From positions 96,001 to 160,000 of the forward strand of contig JAEOTP010000012.1 of NCBI GenBank assembly GCA_016839765.1: a stretch of DNA of 64,000 bases, written 5' to 3'. Of this stretch, positions 59,201 to 64,000 are shown one piece after another. The position numbers and the translations under genes are program-made. The notes beneath the pieces were generated by a model, which ran no database searches, had not been told where the DNA came from, and saw nothing but the letters and a program-made list of their open reading frames with translations. Position 1 is the first letter of the stretch. Every line of letters starts with the position of its first letter. Source of the stretch: Promethearchaeota archaeon. GTDB lineage: Archaea; Asgardarchaeota; Lokiarchaeia; Sigyniarchaeales; SOKP01.

Positions 59201-60052
59201 CTCAAAACCTTTTTCAGCAAGCTTTACTCGCTCCTTCTTTTCTTCAACAAGTAATCCTCCGAGTATACAATTTTGAAAACCAAATGTACCATAAATACCT
59301 CCAAGAATATTATAATCATCACAATTCTCAGCTAACTGTAATGTTTCTTCACATCTTTTTAAAAATCTTTTTAGGATCTCTTCATGTTTTTTATCTCCAT
59401 AAGTAAGTTCCGCCCACCGATTATAATTAATTACCATATTTTCACCCCACAATAACCTTTCTCTAATTTTGATTGTATCATTTTCTTTTAAAAGAATCCA
59501 AGACTTTTCTATTAAATTACGAGCCATCTGGCTATAAAAGGCTAATTCAGAAGGATCTTTACATAGTACCATAGAAGAAATTATGGATTCTATTGTCAGG
59601 ATTGATAATTTTGCACAGTTTTTCTTATCATTTGCTTTTGAATATTTTTCTTTAAGTTCTAAAAAAATATTAATTGATTTTTCTAAATTTTTTCTCGCTT
59701 CTTCGACTGAAGTAATCACATAACTCATAGCATTAAGAGCTTTAGCTTTACATTCCATATTTAATAGTTTATTATTGATTTGTTCAAAAAGACGCTCTGC
59801 TCTACGAAAAGCCTTAACAGAATGCTTATTCCAATTCAAATAATCTTCTTTAGTTTCTGATGCCAAAACGGCCCGATGGCAAATGTCTCCAAGCTTATTG
59901 TAAATATTGGCGGCATTTTTTAACCTATTTTGATCTAACATTGCTTTAGCAGCTTGTTCATATAACCCTGCTGCTTTCTCCCAATTATAATTCTTTTCTT
60001 CTGTTTCTGCTTTACTTAGTAATTCACCTTGAATGATTCCTACCATCCTCAA
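56225..60052 (-). CDS. TPR/alpha-solenoid - carbon-nitrogen hydrolase fusion, paralog 2 (start probably ATG at 60046)
   Basis: Same architecture, with triad LLFPEM, QKKHIP, ATCRDF. ATG 60046 lies the same 51 nt from the duplicated element as the paralog-1 ATG. Confidence 0.88.
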   Translation of the reverse strand: MRMVGIIQGELLSKAETEEKNYNWEKAAGLYEQAAKAMLDQNRLKNAANIYNKLGDICHRAVLASETKEDYLNWNKHSVKAFRRAERLFEQINNKLLNMECKAKALNAMSYVITSVEEARKNLEKSINIFLELKEKYSKANDKKNCAKLSILTIESIISSMVLCKDPSELAFYSQMARNLIEKSWILLKENDTIKIRERLLWGENMVINYNRWAELTYGDKKHEEILKRFLKRCEETLQLAENCDDYNILGGIYGTFGFQNCILGGLLVEEKKERVKLAEKGFESLEKGITFFRKSRNVLGAITSRYGLDYQAAVFGRYEYLQKRILKDVHDVLKLDKIFDNLYTGLYCLMDFIPISYYNTFTSRSFLRADTRKSYAKIGIQYANETLKRLAFGPYIIFAYQILTLLYSQLVNLAIEGDPREEYIQKMLDYAKVAENIAKDYKGGNVRSAGLTSIYRAYKTIADITKDKKEKKLNLLTAIEAAKKNIKYSIESYRLYLASQIRLGQLYEDLGILTTEEKPLMEARELFLRVIEDSLEKGYAYYSAACYEFIARLEDRLGNHMISAEYYEKARDAHDKSLLAIEYKPLKDRVNEKINYAKAWNLIEKAKAYHKREQHLYAKECYGEASEILKTLPSFNYEAVYYGAWIALEEAEDLSKQEKHDQAIRSYEKTREHFENAVFSIRFIRKNVRRLKELKKLEKVAKIRMNHCSARINLDEARILGKKGDHLAAAEKFNNAASQFRDICVLYKIKRERAELEAIYYLCRAWESMELAENYEDPEKFAEAAKLFIEASDFFTQSKLKFLAQANSNFCLALEEGCKFDQSHDIEIKTTLYPNVKSILRKAADLYEKGGFKNGADWALATSIYFDAAWYLIQADDELDVNKKQEFLNFGSNYLKSAAELFHKAGYKDKEREVLERLDRVIKEEKILVSALNTINKPSVSRSIEGIITPSCPIETSQSPRIGEIQQYSEEVSKFLEIDSKIKKYKIEYKDLLKDHPKSPRNQCRVGIAQIGISNSGDIMNEFYEEKPKGLLTLKEEKVNDVESKVKEMIEKAHQESVDILLFPEMTVDLKYKQFLEDISNLAKIYEMYIIPGSYHNIEVKSNVSLVIGPEGILWQQKKHIPAIISLERSRFKEGIDTTTLPHKTIVCNTEYGRIAIATCRDFLDMDLRVELKNFEPPVDIVLNPAFTPVTADFKAVHFDARRSIYAYTFFANIADYGNSLIYTPEKERVERNVPPGKEGLIFKDVDLFRLRSERKKWEKEQKKERQFIQSTRS

Positions 60053-60096
60053 CTATTTATTAATATTAAATTAGCTATATTGGTTTCTTGGTTTTC

Positions 60097-60154
60097 AATT
60101 TCTTAGCTTTAAGAATAATTAATAATAGATGTTCCAGTTTAAAACATTTTACAT
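60097..60154. repeat. Duplicated upstream element, copy 2
   Basis: AATTTCTTAGCTTTAAGAATAATTAATAATAGATGTT-CCAG-TTTAAAACATTTTACAT. Confidence 0.85.
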
Positions 60155-60186
60155 GAAATAATCATAAAATTAGATTTGGAAAAAAG

Positions 60187-63100
60187 TTATGATCTTGTAC
60201 TTTGAATAAAATGAACTTCCTTATTTTGTTGTTTTTCCCATTTTTTACGTTCTGAACGCAATTTAAATAAATTAACATCTTTATATATCAAACCTTCTTC
60301 TTTTGTGGGTATTATTCTCTCAGTACGATCTTTTTCAGGAGTGTAGATGAGGGATTCACCAAATTCAGCAACATTAGCAAAAAAACAATAGGCATAAATC
60401 GATCTACGTGCGTCAAAATGAGCCGCTTTAAAATCAGCTGTGACTGGAGTAAAGGCTGGGTTAATGATTATGTCTACTGCTGGTTCGAAATTTTTTAATT
60501 CGACTCGTAAATCCATATCAAGGAAATCCCGGCAAATGATAACTGCAATTCTTCCATATTCTGTGTTACAAACAATTACATTTCGGGGAAGATCTCCAAC
60601 CTCTATACCCTCTCTAAATTCTGTTCCTTTAAGTCTAATTGTGGCTGGAATATGTTTCTCTTGTTTCCAGAGGATGCCCTCTGGTCCAAATACCATAGCT
60701 ATATTTCTCTTTGTCTCTTGATCGTGAAATGAGCCGGGAATTATGTACATTTCATATAATTTAGCAAAATCTGAAATAACTTCTAAAATATCGCCGTAAT
60801 TGAGATCAACTGTCATTTCTGGGAAGATTAATAAGTTGATGCCCTCTTTCTGTGCATTTTCGATCATGTTTTTAACTTTAGATCTTAAATATTCAACTTT
60901 AACTTCTCGAAGGCTCAAAAGGCCCGAATTCCTCATCTCATAGAATTCACTTAAAAGATCTCCAGTTTCAGATATACCAATTTGAGCAATACCAACCCTG
61001 CATTCTCTTTTCTGAACTCTAGGATACTCTTTCAATAAATCTCTATATGTAATTCGATATTTCTTTTTAGTTATTTTTTCTCCTATAACTCTCCTCTCTT
61101 CTTCAGTGAACTGATACACTTCACCCAATCGAGGTGATTGACTAGTTTCTAAAGAACAAGCAGGAGCAATTATGCCCGTTGTACTACTAGAAATCGCAGG
61201 TTTTTTAATAGTATTTAGAGCCGAAACTAATATCTTTTCTTCTTGTTCCAATCTTTCCAAACGACCCAATACCTCATTTTCCTTGTCTTTATAACCAGCT
61301 TTACTAAAAAGTTCTGCTGCAGATTTTAGATAATTAGCCCCAATATCTAAAAGATTTTTTTTATTGCTAATTTCTAACTCTTCATCCGCTCTTATTAAGT
61401 GCCATACTGCATCGAAATATGTCGATGTAGCTAACGCCCAATCACCGCCATTTTTAAAACCTCCTTTCTCATAAGAGGAAGCTGCTGTTCTTAACATTGA
61501 TTTGATTTTGGGATACAATTGAGCCTTTATTTCCGCTTCATAAGTTTCATCAAATTCACATCCAAGTTTTAAAGCTTGACAGAAAGAAGAATTACCTGAT
61601 GCTAGTAATTTCAACTTACTATCTGTGAAAAGATTACTTGCTTTTATAAATAAATCAGCAGATTCTGAAAATCTATCATGATCCTCATATTTTTCGGCAA
61701 GCTCCATGCTTTCCCAAGCTCTACATAGATAATATACCGCCTCTAATTCAATTCGTTCTTTTTCAGTTTTAAAGAGATTGCAAACATATCTAAACTGTGA
61801 AGCTGCTGAAGCAAATAGTTCTGCAGCGGTTACATGTTCACCTTGTTTTCCTATAATTCTTGCCTTTTCAACGTTTATTCTAGCAGAACAATATGATGTC
61901 CTTAATCTGGCTACTTTCATGAGTTTATCAATTCTATCGATTTCCATTTTGTCTTTAGATTTATCTAAGTATTGTTCTAATGATTTTATAGCTTTTTCAA
62001 ATGTTTCTATGGTGTTATTATATTGCTCTATAGCTTCTTCGTGTTTTTCTTGTTTACTGAGTTGTTCTGCAATTTCTTGGGATGCCCATGCAGAGTAATA
62101 ATTTGCTTCATAATTGAAACTTGGTAGATTTTTTAGAATTTCACATGCACTAATATAGCTCTCCTTAGCTTTTTGATGGTTTTCACTTTTATGATTAACT
62201 TTCGCAATTTCAATTAAGGACCAAGCCTTAACATAATTCAATTTCTCATTAATTCTCTTTATTAATGGTTTATACTCAACATTTTTTAATGATTCTGCAT
62301 GTGCTTTCTGTGCCATCTCATAATAATTTGCAGAAGCTGTATGATTACCCAAGCGATCCTCTATACGTGCTAAGTATTCAAATGTAGCTGCTGTATATGA
62401 TTGGTAGCCTCTTTTTTCGCTTTCTTTAGCTACTTGGAGGAATAAATCTTTTGTCTTTATAAGTATATCATTCTGTTTAGTTAAAATGCCAAAATCTTCA
62501 TAAAGAAGTCCTAAGCGTATTTGAGCAGTAATGATACCTGTTCGAGATTCATTTGAATGCTCCACATATTTCTCGGAAGCATCTATAGCAGCTGCTAAAA
62601 ATTCAATTTTGTTTTCTTCATCCTGAGTAATATCAGCGAGAGTTTTATAAGCTCTATAGAGAGAATTATAGCCATAAGCTCGAACATATCCTCCTTCATA
62701 TTTCTCTGCAACTTTCTCGGCTTGTTTGGCGTATTCAAGCATCTTTTGTGCATATTCCTTTTGCTTATCTTTTGAACCAGCTAGAATGGATAATTGTGAA
62801 TACGAATATGTTAATGCTACATATGAATCTGATAAAAAAGGTAAAATTAATATTGTCAAATTCTTCTTTGCATATTCAATTGCTTTTTCTGCATATGATT
62901 TCCTCTTATCTGAGGTAAAATAACTCCTCTGAGCATTGTTAGCATAGTAAGCCCCCAATAATGTATATGCTCGGGAACGCCATAGAGTATATGTATCTTT
63001 TATTATTTCTTTTATCTCGATAAACTTTTCAAGATCGATAGAAATTCTCCTCTGCGCATATTTTACTCTACCTCCAAGCATAGCCCACATAATGAGCCAA

Positions 63101-64000
63101 TAAATTGATTCATTTATTAAGGATATATTCTTTAATTTTCTGGCAAGAGTAGAAGATTTTTCTAGTAATCTCAATCCCCTATCAAGATATTCTCTTTGCT
63201 CAGTTTCATCTTCAATAAGATTAATGGCAAGGTGACTATTTACGTTGCCTAAAATCATACAAGTCATTGCAAAAGCTTCCAAATTATCATATTTCTCAAC
63301 AAATTCTAAGATTTTATTGCATCTTAATAAAAAATCTTTAAAATATTCTCTATAACGCTCGTCCCATCTAAATGGTTGCAAATAATTTCTGCCAATGTTC
63401 ATATAATACTCACAATATATTGATTCAGCGAGAGATTGAACATTTTTGAATTTCTTTGCAAGATTTTGAGCTTTCAGAGCTAAACCTATATTTTTTTCGA
63501 ATAAATCTGCGACTTCTATAAAATCACTAAAAAAATATCCTCCTGCTACAGAAACATAAAGGGCACGACTTAATATCCTAACGAAATGTTCTTGTTCACC
63601 TTTCTTAGAATATTCTTCACTTGATTCAATGAAAAGATCATAAGAATTTACATAGCTCTCTTTTGCTTCTTCGATGGAACTTGCAATAATCCCACTGAAA
63701 TATTTAACTTCTGCTTTGCATTCTAATTTCTTAGGTATATTTCCAATTTGTTCAAAGATATTCGCTGCATCTGTATAAGCTTTTATAGTTTGTCTAATAT
63801 ATTCTACTAACTTTTCAGATGTTTTTACAGTGAACGCCGCGTGTGAAAATGCATATCCAAGTTTACTATAAGTTTCAGCAACTTTTTCCAGTAGATTTTT
63901 TTTCAAATAACTATTAGCAACTTGCTTGTAAAATTTAGCTGCTTCTAACCAATTGTAAGATTTTTCTTCTGCTAGTGCCTTCTCCAATAAATCCTCTTCT
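60187..64000 (-). CDS. TPR/alpha-solenoid - carbon-nitrogen hydrolase fusion, paralog 3 (5' end probably beyond the window)
   Basis: Same architecture, with triad LIFPEM, QEKHIP, IICRDF. The frame stays open to the window edge (EEDLLEKALAEEK), so the track's TTG at 63987 is probably internal. Confidence 0.88.
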   Translation of the reverse strand, partial: EEDLLEKALAEEKSYNWLEAAKFYKQVANSYLKKNLLEKVAETYSKLGYAFSHAAFTVKTSEKLVEYIRQTIKAYTDAANIFEQIGNIPKKLECKAEVKYFSGIIASSIEEAKESYVNSYDLFIESSEEYSKKGEQEHFVRILSRALYVSVAGGYFFSDFIEVADLFEKNIGLALKAQNLAKKFKNVQSLAESIYCEYYMNIGRNYLQPFRWDERYREYFKDFLLRCNKILEFVEKYDNLEAFAMTCMILGNVNSHLAINLIEDETEQREYLDRGLRLLEKSSTLARKLKNISLINESIYWLIMWAMLGGRVKYAQRRISIDLEKFIEIKEIIKDTYTLWRSRAYTLLGAYYANNAQRSYFTSDKRKSYAEKAIEYAKKNLTILILPFLSDSYVALTYSYSQLSILAGSKDKQKEYAQKMLEYAKQAEKVAEKYEGGYVRAYGYNSLYRAYKTLADITQDEENKIEFLAAAIDASEKYVEHSNESRTGIITAQIRLGLLYEDFGILTKQNDILIKTKDLFLQVAKESEKRGYQSYTAATFEYLARIEDRLGNHTASANYYEMAQKAHAESLKNVEYKPLIKRINEKLNYVKAWSLIEIAKVNHKSENHQKAKESYISACEILKNLPSFNYEANYYSAWASQEIAEQLSKQEKHEEAIEQYNNTIETFEKAIKSLEQYLDKSKDKMEIDRIDKLMKVARLRTSYCSARINVEKARIIGKQGEHVTAAELFASAASQFRYVCNLFKTEKERIELEAVYYLCRAWESMELAEKYEDHDRFSESADLFIKASNLFTDSKLKLLASGNSSFCQALKLGCEFDETYEAEIKAQLYPKIKSMLRTAASSYEKGGFKNGGDWALATSTYFDAVWHLIRADEELEISNKKNLLDIGANYLKSAAELFSKAGYKDKENEVLGRLERLEQEEKILVSALNTIKKPAISSSTTGIIAPACSLETSQSPRLGEVYQFTEEERRVIGEKITKKKYRITYRDLLKEYPRVQKRECRVGIAQIGISETGDLLSEFYEMRNSGLLSLREVKVEYLRSKVKNMIENAQKEGINLLIFPEMTVDLNYGDILEVISDFAKLYEMYIIPGSFHDQETKRNIAMVFGPEGILWKQEKHIPATIRLKGTEFREGIEVGDLPRNVIVCNTEYGRIAVIICRDFLDMDLRVELKNFEPAVDIIINPAFTPVTADFKAAHFDARRSIYAYCFFANVAEFGESLIYTPEKDRTERIIPTKEEGLIYKDVNLFKLRSERKKWEKQQNKEVHFIQSTRS

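Noticed and set aside
52254-64000. Paralog diversification by a diversity-generating retroelement, or the array being a DRT/Avs system
   Set aside because: There is no reverse transcriptase, no template/variable repeat pair with adenine-specific differences, and no STAND/P-loop NTPase motif in these proteins.
1-64000. tRNA/rRNA genes, transposases, integrases or proviral genes
   Set aside because: I found no GC-rich structured RNA-like segments, terminal inverted repeats, or recombinase, transposase or capsid motifs by eye.

Overview
This is an AT-rich, gene-dense archaeal chromosome segment. It most likely comes from an Asgard archaeon (Lokiarchaeia-like), inferred from archaeal eS1/uS15, an archaeal GlmU, GGAGG/GGTGA ribosome-binding sites, tandem longin-like proteins and membrane zinc-ribbon proteins. 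I found no rRNA, tRNA, CRISPR array or mobile element. From left to right it holds: (1) a nickel module (3' end of larB, larC, and a NikR with a His-rich insertion) plus a short alpha3-truncated histone; (2) housekeeping and metabolic genes (GH2, rubrerythrin, radical SAM, sirtuin, GlmU, acyl-CoA dehydrogenase, rps3ae/rps15, RdgB); (3) a ~16 kb five-gene minus-strand operon with a MacB/LolD-type ABC ATPase carrying extra terminal modules, two internally duplicated FtsX-type permeases, a 1317-aa membrane-anchored surface protein and a ~1570-aa receptor-like subtilase with a cytoplasmic zinc-ribbon tail and a probable CTG start; (4) RNase III, an SCP2-like protein, a TFS/RpoM paralog lacking its C-terminal ribbon, and catabolic or transport genes; (5) a tandem array of at least three ~1270-aa paralogs that fuse a long TPR/alpha-solenoid to a catalytically intact carbon-nitrogen hydrolase (nitrilase) domain. 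The paralogs have diverged N-termini, mosaic near-identical 3' ends and a duplicated 58-bp upstream element. The TPR-nitrilase array and the ABC/subtilase/surface-protein operon are the best candidates for undescribed systems. All calls come from reading motifs by eye; no searches were run.
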